From assembly GCA_963760795.1 (NCBI GenBank), contig CAVXEP010000012.1, forward strand, positions 192,001-256,000: a stretch of 64,000 nucleotides of DNA, written 5' to 3'. The position numbers and the translations under genes are program-made. The notes under the pieces were generated by a model. The model was not told the DNA's origin. It saw only the letters and a list, made by a program, of their open reading frames with translations, and did no database searches. Shown piece by piece: positions 30,574 to 40,659 of the stretch. How positions within the stretch are numbered: the stretch's first letter is position 1; each line of letters opens with the position of its first letter. Source of the stretch: an uncultured delta proteobacterium (GTDB taxonomy: Bacteria > Desulfobacterota > Binatia > UBA9968).

Positions 30574-31536
30574 ATGGCGAAAAGCAAAGTACACGGCGAA
30601 ATACCGTACCGAGTCCTCGGCAGCACCAAAGAACAAGTATCAGCCATCGGTCTTGGAGGCTGGCATCTGGGCCTCAAAAAGGTGGATGAACAGCTAAGCA
30701 TCCGCATCGTTCGCGATGCGATTCAGCGCGGCATCAACTTCATGGACAACTGCTGGGACTACAATGACGGCGCCAGCGAGATCCGCATGGGCAAGGCGCT
30801 CCGTGACGGCTATAGGAGCAAAGTGTTCCTGATGACCAAGATCGACGGCCGTTCGAAAAAGGAAGCCGCGCGGCAAGTCGACGAATCGCTGCGTCGCCTG
30901 CAGACCGACTGCATCGACTTGATCCAGCACCACGAGATCCTGCGCTACGAGGATCCGCACCGCATCTTCGATGACGACGGCGCCCATGCGGCGCTCAGCG
31001 AGGCCCGCAAAGCGGGAAAGCTCCGCTACATCGGCTTCACGGGTCACAAGGACCCGCGCATTCACCTTTATATGCTTGAGGTGGCAAAGCAGCAGCGGTT
31101 CAAGTTCGATACGGTGCAGATGCCGCTCAACGTCATGGACGCCCACTACCGGAGCTTTGAAAAACTGGTGCTGCCCCAGCTCGTGAAGCAAAAAATCGGT
31201 GTGCTCGGCATGAAAAGCATGGCCAACGGACTCATTCTGGAGTCGAATACCGTGACCCCGATCGAGTGTCTTCACTATGCGCTGAACTTACCGACGTCGG
31301 TTGTCATCACCGGTGTCGACAGCATGGAGATTCTCGATCAAGCATTCGAGGCGGCGCGCACTTTTCGGCCGATGAGCAACGCCCAGGTGAAATCGGTGCT
31401 GGCAAAGACCGAGAATGCGGCCGCGCGCGGCGAATTCGAGTTGTTCAAAACAACGTCGATATTCGACGGGACTGCAACGCATCCGGCGTGGCTCGGCGAT
31501 GAACCCGAGCGAGTGCAGCGGGTGATGCCGGAGTAG
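30574..31536 (+). CDS. Aldo/keto reductase
   Basis: GINFMDNCWDY, FLMTK, SLRRLQTDCIDL, GKLRYIGFTGH; AAGGAG RBS. Confidence 0.95.
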   Translation: MAKSKVHGEIPYRVLGSTKEQVSAIGLGGWHLGLKKVDEQLSIRIVRDAIQRGINFMDNCWDYNDGASEIRMGKALRDGYRSKVFLMTKIDGRSKKEAARQVDESLRRLQTDCIDLIQHHEILRYEDPHRIFDDDGAHAALSEARKAGKLRYIGFTGHKDPRIHLYMLEVAKQQRFKFDTVQMPLNVMDAHYRSFEKLVLPQLVKQKIGVLGMKSMANGLILESNTVTPIECLHYALNLPTSVVITGVDSMEILDQAFEAARTFRPMSNAQVKSVLAKTENAAARGEFELFKTTSIFDGTATHPAWLGDEPERVQRVMPE

Positions 31537-32020
31537 AATGCATTGAGAGGTCAGGCGAGGCGCGAGACCAACTAAACTTTTAGCCGGCTTTGATTATCTA
31601 ATGAGCACAGCCTCAAGTACAATTAGGCAATGCGATTCACCAAAGCAGCTAAAGCGCAGGGAACGTAGAAGCTTGAGTTTCGGATTATTTGGACCGCAAT
31701 ATGGTAACGATCGCAGAATGCGAGAGAGCGACGAGAGCACAGTGCCGTAGCCACACTTGTTCATTGTTTCATTCGCTGGTTTATCGTCTGCAAAACTCCA
31801 GCGTCTATGGCGGAGAACTTCATCCATTGGGCCTCATTCTTCTTCACTCGTCCTCGCTTTCCTTGCGTCCACAAGACGACGCCGCTCCACGCAGACTATT
31901 TCGGCGGCTAGCTTGCAATCGATACCACCGGTGCCGAGGTGCGCTTGCGGAAATCGGCGATCGCTATGTCGAAACTTTCAAAGGCAGCGGGGCTTTGCAA
32001 CGGCGAGCGCCTTTCTGGGC

Positions 32021-32117
32021 TACGTAGTCGATTTGATAACGGGTCTTCTCGATCGTTAGACCTTCGGTGCCCGGCTATAAATTAGTAAATTGATCGTGGT
32101 TCAATGAGCTTTCCCAT
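32021..32117 (-). pseudogene. Internally deleted CYTH-domain gene remnant
   Basis: QFTNL*PGTEGLTIEKTRYQID resembles the CYTH F..LWP.T.G..IEKTRY motif (TGG to TAG); sits directly after CHAD. Confidence 0.55.
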
Positions 32118-32136
32118 TGGCTCCCGAACAGCGAAG

Positions 32137-33096
32137 CTACGCGGCCGCAGTGATGACGGCGGGTTGTTCGCTCAATTTTTTCGATGGGAGTTCAGCCTCG
32201 TACCGCCACGCTTCCCAATAGCTCGTGAAGCGGCGAGCAAAAGCCTTCGGCCTTTCAGCAAATATTCTGTTGCCAATTGTATTTGCCTCCGATCTCAGCT
32301 CGGCGCTTCTCCTGTCGATGAGGCCAAGGAGCACCTGGATGTTCCTTTTTTTGCCGTATTTCTTCGGAGATTGGAGCAGAGTCTTGTGCAGCACATCGAG
32401 GTTGTGGTCGTCGCCGAGCACGTCTGACAGTTCATCGGTCTCCTTTAAAAGTGAATTAATGACGGGCTTCCACAACTCAGCCAGCAATCTCATGTGAAAA
32501 TCGTGATACTTGGCCTGCTTTCGCCATTCGTGAAAATTCTCCGCGGTCGGGTCGCGGTAGGCGGCAAACATTGACTTGCGCGCCTGCCGATATGTGGCGC
32601 TAAGCCCGCCTTCGATGCCGTCGAATTCTTTGGCGGTTTGCTTCCAATCCGCAATCCGCGTTGCCGCCTTATTCATGCGAGTGCGAAGCTTTTTGAGTTT
32701 TTGGTTCAAGTCGCCGCTCTTTTCGAAGATCCCTTTTCGTCGAAGGGTCAATGCCCGACGCATGGGTGCAAAGGTACGCCGCTCTATTTGATCGCTGAAC
32801 TTATCAAGCAGGCTATCGTAGGTCTCAATGATCGCATCGGCGTCCCGGAGTTCGGCAAGTCCCTTGGCCGTATCGCGAAACCAAACGTTTTCGAACTGAT
32901 AAATCTGTTCGAATTGAGGTCTTACGAGCCTGAGCACGCCTCGGATTTTTTTACAGTGTTTACGAACCTCATGGATGGCTTCCGTCCGCTTCAATCTCGG
33001 GCTGTCAATTTCCTTGATCGCTTGGCTAATTTCCTCGCTCACTATCCGCTTGATTCCCTCTTCTACGGATTCGTCTTCCTGGAAACAAAATGACAT
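32137..33096 (-). CDS. CHAD-domain protein
   Basis: IHEVRKHCKKIR, LRDADA, FHEWRKQAK, LGDDHNL motifs; AGGAG RBS. Confidence 0.92.
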   Translation of the reverse strand: MSFCFQEDESVEEGIKRIVSEEISQAIKEIDSPRLKRTEAIHEVRKHCKKIRGVLRLVRPQFEQIYQFENVWFRDTAKGLAELRDADAIIETYDSLLDKFSDQIERRTFAPMRRALTLRRKGIFEKSGDLNQKLKKLRTRMNKAATRIADWKQTAKEFDGIEGGLSATYRQARKSMFAAYRDPTAENFHEWRKQAKYHDFHMRLLAELWKPVINSLLKETDELSDVLGDDHNLDVLHKTLLQSPKKYGKKRNIQVLLGLIDRRSAELRSEANTIGNRIFAERPKAFARRFTSYWEAWRYEAELPSKKLSEQPAVITAAA

Positions 33097-33254
33097 CGAT
33101 CAAGCTCCTATTCGCTAGCGTATCTCTATACTAGCAATCGGAGCCGACCACACAATATTAAGGCCAGGGAAAACTAGTTATCTTTGTTCAAAACCATCCT
33201 GTACATAGCCGGCAAGGTTGATCGGCACGGCCTCCATGCGTCCGGGTATTACGT

Positions 33255-33788
33255 CTAAGACCCCCCTTGCAGGATTTCCCTAAAGGCGGGTACACGCCAG
33301 CCTTGCCGGTGACGGCTGGCCCGAGTGGCGTCGACGGTAAGAACCGGGCATGCGGCTCTCGCGCTTACAGCGTCGGAGATGCTGCGCGTAAAAAGTCTAG
33401 CGAGCAATGCCTTTTCGGAATGAGCCAAGACGACAAGATCGACTTCCTCCTGGAGCGCTGCCACCACGATTTCTCTCGCCACGTTGCCGAGACCGACTCT
33501 GGTTTTCCAGGTGACGCCGCTACTTTCGCTTTCGAAAGTTGCCCGAATAAAGTTTCTCAGTTTCAACTCAGCTTCCGCGATAATGTGCTTTATTCTGAAC
33601 TTGGATGCTAATCGATCCCACTGATAAAACCCATCTGGTTCGACTGGATAATCAACAAAACTTGGGAATGCAGTTGCGTGAAACATTACCAGTTGAGCGC
33701 TGTTCTCTTTAGCTACCGACAACGCATAGGCAACACCGGTTTTTGATTTTTCTGTAAAGTCTACTGGGCATAGAACTCTTTGAATCAT
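33255..33788 (-). CDS. Universal stress protein
   Basis: RVLCPVDFT...VDLVVL...ACPVLTV; AAGGAG RBS. Confidence 0.9.
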   Translation of the reverse strand: MIQRVLCPVDFTEKSKTGVAYALSVAKENSAQLVMFHATAFPSFVDYPVEPDGFYQWDRLASKFRIKHIIAEAELKLRNFIRATFESESSGVTWKTRVGLGNVAREIVVAALQEEVDLVVLAHSEKALLARLFTRSISDAVSARAACPVLTVDATRASRHRQGWRVPAFREILQGGS

Positions 33789-34050
33789 GGCAAACTCCTT
33801 CTTAGCATAGTGTTTTCAGAATGAGCGTAGCGGATTTTCTTGAGGATGAAAGCGATTTTGTTTCACGCCCGTCGAAATCAGATGAAATTCTTGTAAACCG
33901 AGGTGAGCAGTTACGTCTGCGTCGGAAAACAAACTCTATGGTCAGGAATTGAACTGTGCCTGACTAGCCACGGAAATCCTGAGGCTATCCTGGCATGAAC
34001 GAAACATGCCCGATCAAGACAACGAGGAGTAGACACAAGTGTTTGCGGCG

Positions 34051-34065
34051 TGGCATACGGTTTGC
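34051..34065 (+). promoter_or_regulatory. sigma54 promoter upstream of the DUF2934 gene
   Basis: TGGCATACGGTTTGC, GG-N10-GC. Confidence 0.6.
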
Positions 34066-34295
34066 GCAAATTTAAGCCACCGAAATGGGGAAATCTTAAC
34101 TCAGGCGCTTGGAAGAACTACACAAATCCTATAGTCCGTAGGGAATACCGGGCGTATTGATCGCGATACTGACTGATGCAGCAGACAGATCCCATCACCG
34201 AGTGTAGAGAAGCCTTATCACTGTCAGGAAAAAAGCGACAGCGCTCTTCAATGGAGCGAATAGACTGTTACGATTTGATAAGGGAGGTCCATACC

Positions 34296-34613
34296 ATGAA
34301 AGACCAAAATGAGAAAAAGCGGCGTGCGCCACGGAAGGGCTCATCAACCGAAGATACTTCTATAGGGGATGCACCAGATGAGCTCACGACGACGTATCTA
34401 GTAGAGTCAGAGGAAGGGCCGGAGAAAAAGACCGAGTTTCCCGACGAGTGGATTTCTATCGCAGCTTATTACATCTGGAAAGGTGACGGGGAGCCCGAAG
34501 GACGCGATGCTGAATATTGGGAGAGAGCCAGAGCTGACCTAATGAAGCTCCAGAGAGAGGGAACTCTTCCAACTGGTCCAACTGGACGGCAGGCGTTAGA
34601 CGAAGAGCGTTGA
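34296..34613 (+). CDS. DUF2934-domain protein
   Basis: ISIAAYYIWKGDGEPEGRDAEYWERA; AGGGAGG RBS before ATG 34296. Confidence 0.8.
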   Translation: MKDQNEKKRRAPRKGSSTEDTSIGDAPDELTTTYLVESEEGPEKKTEFPDEWISIAAYYIWKGDGEPEGRDAEYWERARADLMKLQREGTLPTGPTGRQALDEER

Positions 34614-35170
34614 TTTAGTCCGCAGTTCGCTAACGTTCAACAGCGCGGAGGAGCTATTGTTTCTTTCTTGCTCTTTCGCTTTACATCCTGTCCGTGTGCT
34701 TTCTTGCAGGATTGGATGTCCTTGAATCTGCATTAGAATTAGCCCGAAAGACGGCACCTACGTAGCACAAATGAGCACCAGTCACAGCCTTCTGTTCCGT
34801 AGCGGCTTGTCGTGCTCAGGTGGATGTCGGGTGCATAGGTGTTGGAACGGAAAACCTCGAAAGCGCCGTATCAACTGATAAGAAGGCCGATAGCCGCCAA
34901 CGAAACCGCGATAATGACAGAGCGTTTGGACTCCCACACCTGCCGCTGCCAACTTTTTCGTTCGAACCTTAGCCCTGTCATTCAACTTCATTGATCGGAT
35001 AACCCCTGATTCGTCTTCAAACGGCAAACCCGAAATCGACTTATCGACGGCGATAACAATGTGCAGCCCGATGAAATGTCTGGCGAGTAAACGATCTCCT
35101 TGTTTGCTCATGTTTTCGGATTTTTCTGTCAGAAATGTGACAAGATGTTTTTGCTTTGTCTCTGACATGA

Positions 35171-35476
35171 TTGTCTAATATTGTACATAAAATGAAAATG
35201 ATGGCACACCTATTCGGCCGTAATTCCCCCGGGCGTCGTGTACAAGTGAAGATTCCTGGAGTGAATGGTCTGCTTCGATCACTAAAGGACGAAGCCTTGG
35301 TCGCGATGTTTGCTAAAGCCTGCATGCAAATTAAACAGACGGATGTAAGCTGGCCTCACGAACTTGTGGTTGAGGGTATTGTTGACGCATTCGCACGGTG
35401 TAACGGTTGCGTGCGCGAACTCGAACGTCGTAAAAAGCTTCACCTACTAGATGGGATTGAGAATGTGGCGGAGTGA
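35171..35476 (+). CDS. Hypothetical protein
   Basis: About 100-aa ORF, tandem with the next ORF. Confidence 0.4.
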   Translation: MSNIVHKMKMMAHLFGRNSPGRRVQVKIPGVNGLLRSLKDEALVAMFAKACMQIKQTDVSWPHELVVEGIVDAFARCNGCVRELERRKKLHLLDGIENVAE

Positions 35477-35487
35477 TAGGAATCTAA

Positions 35488-35694
35488 ATGACAAGCAAAA
35501 CCTCTGAAGAAGTCGAGCAAGTCAAAGAGATGATTAAGACGAGTCAAAAACTTCGCCGCGATTCGATGAGGCTCGCCAAGACACAACGGAAACTAGTCGA
35601 TAAACTTGAACAGGCAATCAAGGCGTTGGACGCCCTAGAGCGACTGCGCATTGCTGCGCAAATCTACTCTGCGGTGAAATCTGCCCGCTCGTAG
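35488..35694 (+). CDS. Small coiled-coil hypothetical protein
   Basis: 68-aa ORF, AGGA RBS; overlaps an antisense phage-like remnant. Confidence 0.35.
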   Translation: MTSKTSEEVEQVKEMIKTSQKLRRDSMRLAKTQRKLVDKLEQAIKALDALERLRIAAQIYSAVKSARS

Positions 35695-35934
35695 GGGTTG
35701 CAATCCACTGACGCAAAGCTGTTCCGGTGTGCGGACCATCGATCACGCGATAGCTAATCACGATGCGCCCGCGTTCCACTGCGGCGCCTACGCATGACAC
35801 CTGATATGTACCGGGTTGCATGTCGCTCGATGGTTCCATCCCGCCAAGTCGCAATGGTTGGGCGGTCTGATGGGAAGGCTAACCAGCTTTTGATTAGACT
35901 TAGCTCCTGGTCTATGATAATTCTCGCGTTGCAT
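35618..35934 (-). pseudogene. Degraded phage-like gene (DUF669/OB-fold-like)
   Basis: MQPGTYQVSC...ISYRVIDGPHTG..LRQW pattern; RBS and ATG at 35934 are out of frame with it. Confidence 0.45.
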
Positions 35935-36027
35935 CGTTCCGCTTCCTTTCTGTCGTCCTTTGCCAGACGACGGACCCTAGATGAAAAAGCTCGTGGTTCA
36001 ACCCGCGGGCTTTTTTATTACCTGCTA

Positions 36028-36130
36028 TCATCTACCTCTGATTTCATCCGCCTTCGATGGCGCGAACTTGATCGCCTTCATCACTTCGCCCTCGTCGAAC
36101 CGCAAGGCGCGCGGACCAACGCGAAAAGCT
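36028..36130 (-). pseudogene. 3' remnant of an excisionase (HTH_17)-like gene
   Basis: Manual translation AFRVGPRALRFDEGEVMKAI; same strand as the integrase. Confidence 0.5.
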
Positions 36131-36346
36131 CAAGGTCAAGTCGGCCATAGACTCATCATATACCCCAACCGCTGACGCGGCTCAGACCGAGGCTTGGGCG
36201 GCATCTTAGCAGGCGAGGTTTCTAGCCCAGGATCGTTCTAAAAGAGGACACTCGCCATGGTTCAGAATATGACTAGAGGTGAGGCTGAGTCCTTTACGCG
36301 CTTCTGCTCGCTGCTCTTCGACTTCGGTAAAGGATCTTATGCGTGG

Positions 36347-36472
36347 CAGATACCAACCAGCGGGTAAGTTGTAGTTGACGAACGGCTGCAACACCATTGC
36401 ATTCACGGCTTTGTCGCCCCAGCCACCAACCGACTACTGATTATTCATCAGCGCGCCAAACACCCACGGTCC
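36347..36472 (-). pseudogene. Internal fragment of an outer-membrane beta-barrel gene (neuromedin-U-annotated family)
   Basis: GPWVFGALMNNQ*SVGGWGDKAVNAMVLQPFVNYNLPAGWYL. Confidence 0.65.
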
Positions 36473-36494
36473 TCGACTTAAGCACCTAAATTGC

Positions 36495-36529
36495 AAAAAA
36501 GGGGAAGGTGTTAAACCCCTCCCCTTTTT
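36495..36529 (-). terminator. Bidirectional intrinsic terminator
   Basis: AAAAAAGGGGA...TCCCCTTTTT after the lipoprotein stop codon. Confidence 0.75.
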
Positions 36530-36558
36530 CGGTAGCAACCATGTAAAGCTAAAATTCC

Positions 36559-36810
36559 TTACTTGGTTTTCCCTTCTTCTTTCTTCTCAGTAGGCGCATC
36601 CGGAGCTGGTGTCCCAGGCGCACCGGGAGCTCCAGGAGCCCCAGGAGCCCCAGGCGGTCCCTCTGGGCCTTTAGGTCCTGGTTCTGCTGGCGCCGCGGGT
36701 GGCGGTGGTGGCGGAGTCACTACCGTTGTTTCCTTCTTCTCGCACCCTGCCAACGCTAAAGTCACAGCAAACAGGGTAATACCGGACAACGAAAATAAAT
36801 TCTTTCCCAT
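36559..36810 (-). CDS. Pro/Gly-rich lipoprotein with a short collagen-like repeat
   Basis: LAGC lipobox, P7 run, eight Gly-X-Y triplets; AAAGGGGGTG RBS; own terminator. Confidence 0.75.
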   Translation of the reverse strand: MGKNLFSLSGITLFAVTLALAGCEKKETTVVTPPPPPPAAPAEPGPKGPEGPPGAPGAPGAPGAPGTPAPDAPTEKKEEGKTK

Positions 36811-37134
36811 CTTTGATTCACCCCCTTTCCCGTGAGTAATATCTTTAACAACAATACAATATTTTTTCCTGGTTTACATGCAATGCTTACTTATTTTTTG
36901 ACTCGCATGGCTTAAGATTTCCGATATAAATCGTTTGATTGAACTGAATTCTCCATCGAACAAATCCTGTGAGATTTGCCTGAAGAGCGTTAGGCCGCTC
37001 CGGCTTTCCGCCCGAAAAGTTGGTGCATCGCCGACACGCTCGGTCCAGGAACTATGAACCTGCTGGCTAGCAGAAACTAAAGAGGGACAGCCGGTTCCCC
37101 GACCATCCCTCTCGCAACGTGCATGCTTAGAAGA

Positions 37135-37554
37135 TTACTTTGTGGCAGGTTTCTTTTCCGTCACGTCGCCCTTTGTCTCCGTCGCTTTTTTGGATTCAGC
37201 CTTTACCGAGCTGGCGATCATCTTGCCATCCTTCTCGGTATAAGAAACCCTGACCATATCGCCCACTTTCAGCTTTTCCAGCGTCTCTTTGGCGCTCTTG
37301 GAATCGGCGGTCAGCTTGATCTCTTTGTCCTTTTCCCTAACTGCAAATGTGCCCGCCTTCGTATCCAGAAATGTCACTTCACCGGAGATCTGAGTGGTCT
37401 TCGCCTTCTCGGCCTTCATCTCCGTTTTCTTTTCCGTTGCCGGAGCGGCTGGAGTCGAGGGTGCTGGAGCAGCGGGATTCGCCTGCGCGAAGCCAAGAGC
37501 GCTGAAACCGAACGTGGTCAAAGCGACAAGTAAAATCTTGATCATGTTTTTCAC
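37135..37554 (-). CDS. Secreted Lys-rich OB-fold-like protein (DUF5666/DUF1344-like)
   Basis: Signal peptide, ISGEVTFLD...LKVGDMVRVSYTEKDGKMIA; GGAGGTG RBS before GTG 37554. Confidence 0.8.
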   Translation of the reverse strand: MKNMIKILLVALTTFGFSALGFAQANPAAPAPSTPAAPATEKKTEMKAEKAKTTQISGEVTFLDTKAGTFAVREKDKEIKLTADSKSAKETLEKLKVGDMVRVSYTEKDGKMIASSVKAESKKATETKGDVTEKKPATK

Positions 37555-37826
37555 GGTATCACCTCCTTCCTCTTTGTTAGATGTGTTTATTAGACGTGAT
37601 TTTTTCAAGATTCCTTCAAGACTTCACATAAGATTAAAATATTGCGCTGCTACGCTCACTTGCAAGCTGGATGGTTGTCCGCTTTTTCCGTGTACCTGAA
37701 ACAACAAGCCCCAAGAACTACCGTTTACGGCAGCACTCGGGACTTGGTTTTTATTGGGCTTTGTAGGCTGCCTCAGCGTGTAGTCATGACTAAGATTCGA
37801 ATGGCATTCAAGAGGAGGTCGGGTTG

Positions 37827-39059
37827 TTACGCCCTCTTGAACAGCGGTATCACTTCGGCGCCGGCTTTCAGCCCGTCCAGATAATCCGCCCAAGCCTGCA
37901 TCATCTTGCGCCGCTCCGGCAAGTGCTCAGCGAAGTTGTAAGCCGCGCTCACGGCGTTGCGCTCTGCATGCGCAAGCTGGCGCTCGATCGCTTGATGATT
38001 CCAGCCTTGTTCGTGCAGCAGCGTCGACGCCATGCTGCGAAATCCATGGCCGGTCATCTCTTCCTTCGGGTAACCCATGCGCCGCAGCGCAGCCAGTATC
38101 GCATTCTCACTCATGGGCCGCAGCCGTGACTGCGCGCCGGGGAAAACATATCGCGGCGCATCCGGCTTGGCGGGGATTTCACGATTCGTAAGCGGCTCCA
38201 ACTCCTGCAAGATTTCGATGGCTTGGCGACATAGCGGCACAATGTGCTGCTCGCGCATCTTCATCCGCTCGGCGGGTATACGCCATTCAGCTTTAGCGAA
38301 ATCGACTTCCGGCCACTGCGCCTTGCGCAATTCACCCGGCCGCACGAACACCAGCGGCGCGAGTCGTAGCGCGCACTTCGTCGCGAAGAATCCTTCATAT
38401 CCATCGATCGCTCGCAGCAGTCCGCCGACACGCTTCGGCTCGATGATCGAGGCATGGTGCTTTTCCTTTGGCAAGGGCAAGGCGCCGCGCAGATCGCCCG
38501 TCGGATCGCGCTCGGCCCTGCCGGTCGCTACGGCGTAGCGAAACACTTGTCCGCAGTTCTGCTTGGCACGGTGAGTCGTCTCCAGTGCGCCCCGGCTCTC
38601 AACCCGGCGCAACATGGCCAACAACTCGGCCGCTTTGATCTCGGCAATCGCCCGCTTGCCGATCCATGGAAAGACATCCCGTTCGAGGCGCCGTAAAATG
38701 CGCTCGCTGTGGCTCGCGTCCCAGTGCGGCGAAAACTTACTATGCCACTCCCGAGCGATTGCCTCGAAACTCTCCGCCCCCGCCTGCGCCTGCTTCTCCG
38801 CCTTGCGCGCCTCACCAGGATCGATGCCGGCAGCAAGCTGCTGACGGGAAGCATCGCGCTTAGTCCGCGCCGCCTTCAAATTCACATCGGGATAGACTCC
38901 AAGCGAAATACGCTTCTCTTTTCCCGCGACGCGATATTTCCAACGCCACCACTTGCCACCGGCCGGACTAACCTCCAAATAGAGGCCGCCACCATCGAAC
39001 ATTTTTCTGGTTTTTGTTTGGGACTTTGCCGAACGGATAGCAGTGTCTGTCAGCGGCAT
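37827..39059 (-). CDS. P4-like tyrosine integrase with arm-binding domain
   Basis: DGGGLYL arm domain; catalytic R (VRPGELR), HGFR, LAH and Y (AAYN); adjacent to the tRNA 3' end. Confidence 0.96.
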   Translation of the reverse strand: MPLTDTAIRSAKSQTKTRKMFDGGGLYLEVSPAGGKWWRWKYRVAGKEKRISLGVYPDVNLKAARTKRDASRQQLAAGIDPGEARKAEKQAQAGAESFEAIAREWHSKFSPHWDASHSERILRRLERDVFPWIGKRAIAEIKAAELLAMLRRVESRGALETTHRAKQNCGQVFRYAVATGRAERDPTGDLRGALPLPKEKHHASIIEPKRVGGLLRAIDGYEGFFATKCALRLAPLVFVRPGELRKAQWPEVDFAKAEWRIPAERMKMREQHIVPLCRQAIEILQELEPLTNREIPAKPDAPRYVFPGAQSRLRPMSENAILAALRRMGYPKEEMTGHGFRSMASTLLHEQGWNHQAIERQLAHAERNAVSAAYNFAEHLPERRKMMQAWADYLDGLKAGAEVIPLFKRA

Positions 39060-39060
39060 T

Positions 39061-39110
39061 TGGGGGCAACTCACTTTCCAGGTCTAACAGTTGCCCCCAG
39101 AGTTGCCCCT
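39061..39110. repeat. Putative integrase arm-type sites
   Basis: GTTGCCCC twice in tandem (39090, 39102) plus the inverted copy GGGGCAAC (39063) between integrase and tRNA. Confidence 0.5.
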
Positions 39111-39225
39111 AATACGGGGGCAGCTTTAGCTGGACGGCATCGGACCATGCCGGACAATATGCCAGCAAAAAAGCTTTAGATGCAATAGGTTAAAGGACTT
39201 ATTAGGCTTGTGCTGGAAGTGGAAT

Positions 39226-39302
<77 letters not shown>

Positions 39303-40166
39303 CTAGTTTGTGATGGATTTCAAATACTCGAGCACTTTATCTCTAAGGTCGGGCCTTTTCAACGCGTAAGCCACCGTCGCTCGGACAAAACCGAATTTGT
39401 CGCCGATATCGTAACGGTCGCCGACAAACTCGCAGCCAAATATTTTCCGTTCCCGAACCAATTGCGATAGGCCATCAGTGAGCTGTATCTCGCCGCCCCG
39501 TCCTGGAGCTAGGTTTTTTAGAATCTGGAAGATCTCCGGCCGCAGCACATAGCGGCCAATGATCGCCATGCGCGACGGCGCGTCCTTTGCCAGCGGTTTT
39601 TCTACGGTCGCTTCGACCTGATAAAGCCGTTTTTTTATTTCCCGTCCTTGAATCACGCCGTATTGATGCACCTCCGATTGCGGCACCTCCATCAACGCGA
39701 TCACCGATTCTGAGGTCTCCTCAAAAATATCGAGCAACTGGCGAATGCCCGGGACTTCGGACTCGATCAAGTCATCGGCGAGCATCACGGCGAAAGGCTC
39801 GTCGCCGACCAAATCGCGGGCGCACAGCACCGCGTGCCCAAGGCCCAATGGCTTTTTTTGCCGTACCGAAACCACTTCGGTCATCTCGGCGATTTTGCGC
39901 AAAGTTTGAGCCATCTCATGGTTGCCGCGCTCGATCAGCAACTGCTCCAATTCAGGCGCTTCGTCAAAATGATCTTCGATAGCGTCCTTGCCGCGGCCGG
40001 TGACAAAGATGATCTCTTCGATGCCGGCGTCCACCGCCTCTTGCACGACGTATTGGATCGACGGGATATCGACGATCGGCAGCAGCTCCTTGGGTACGGT
40101 TTTGGTTGCCGGTAAGAATCGCGTGCCCAGCCCAGCCACGGGAATAACCGCTTTGCGAAGTTTCAT
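39303..40166 (-). CDS. galU: UTP-glucose-1-phosphate uridylyltransferase
   Basis: KAVIPVAGLGTRFLPATK..PKE, LGLGHAV, GEIQLTD. Confidence 0.97.
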   Translation of the reverse strand: MKLRKAVIPVAGLGTRFLPATKTVPKELLPIVDIPSIQYVVQEAVDAGIEEIIFVTGRGKDAIEDHFDEAPELEQLLIERGNHEMAQTLRKIAEMTEVVSVRQKKPLGLGHAVLCARDLVGDEPFAVMLADDLIESEVPGIRQLLDIFEETSESVIALMEVPQSEVHQYGVIQGREIKKRLYQVEATVEKPLAKDAPSRMAIIGRYVLRPEIFQILKNLAPGRGGEIQLTDGLSQLVRERKIFGCEFVGDRYDIGDKFGFVRATVAYALKRPDLRDKVLEYLKSITN

Positions 40167-40183
40167 AAGATTGAAATTGCCGG

Positions 40184-40549
40184 TTAGAGGATCCGCTTGG
40201 CCTTTCTTTCTTCGACTTCCTGGTCGGACTTGCACTGGATGCACAGCGTCGTCACCGGACGGGCTTTGAGCCGGGCGATACCGATCTCTTCACCGCACTC
40301 TTCACAGATACCATAAGCGCCGGCTTCAAGACGCTCCAAGGCTTCTTGAATCTTGAAAATGAGCTTGCGCTCGCGGTCGCGCATGCGCAGCATCGAGTTG
40401 CGGTTGGATTCCATCGAAGCGCGGTCGGATGGATCAGGGAAATTTTCTTCCTCGTCCATGGTGCCGACGGTTTTGCCGGCCTCGGCGCGCAGCTCTTCGA
40501 TGCGCTCGCTCAACATCCGGCGAAAATATGTAGTGGTCTTGGCGTCCAA
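40184..40549 (-). CDS. dksA: RNA polymerase-binding protein DksA
   Basis: DPSDRA coiled-coil tip and C4 Zn finger CEEC...CIQC; TTG start inferred. Confidence 0.92.
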   Translation of the reverse strand: MDAKTTTYFRRMLSERIEELRAEAGKTVGTMDEEENFPDPSDRASMESNRNSMLRMRDRERKLIFKIQEALERLEAGAYGICEECGEEIGIARLKARPVTTLCIQCKSDQEVEERKAKRIL

Positions 40550-40659
40550 AAAGCACCTGTAACGAATTCTCGGTATTATAAGCCACAAGAGGCAAACATC
40601 AACCCGAATTCGCGGCGCTTTATGCGAGCAGCGCATAAAAAGGAAGGAACGGCAACGTT

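Noticed and set aside
32060-36440. TAG at Trp positions in two remnants as stop-codon recoding
   Set aside because: Both lie in truncated fragments; TAG is a normal stop elsewhere (galU, hsp20, purH)
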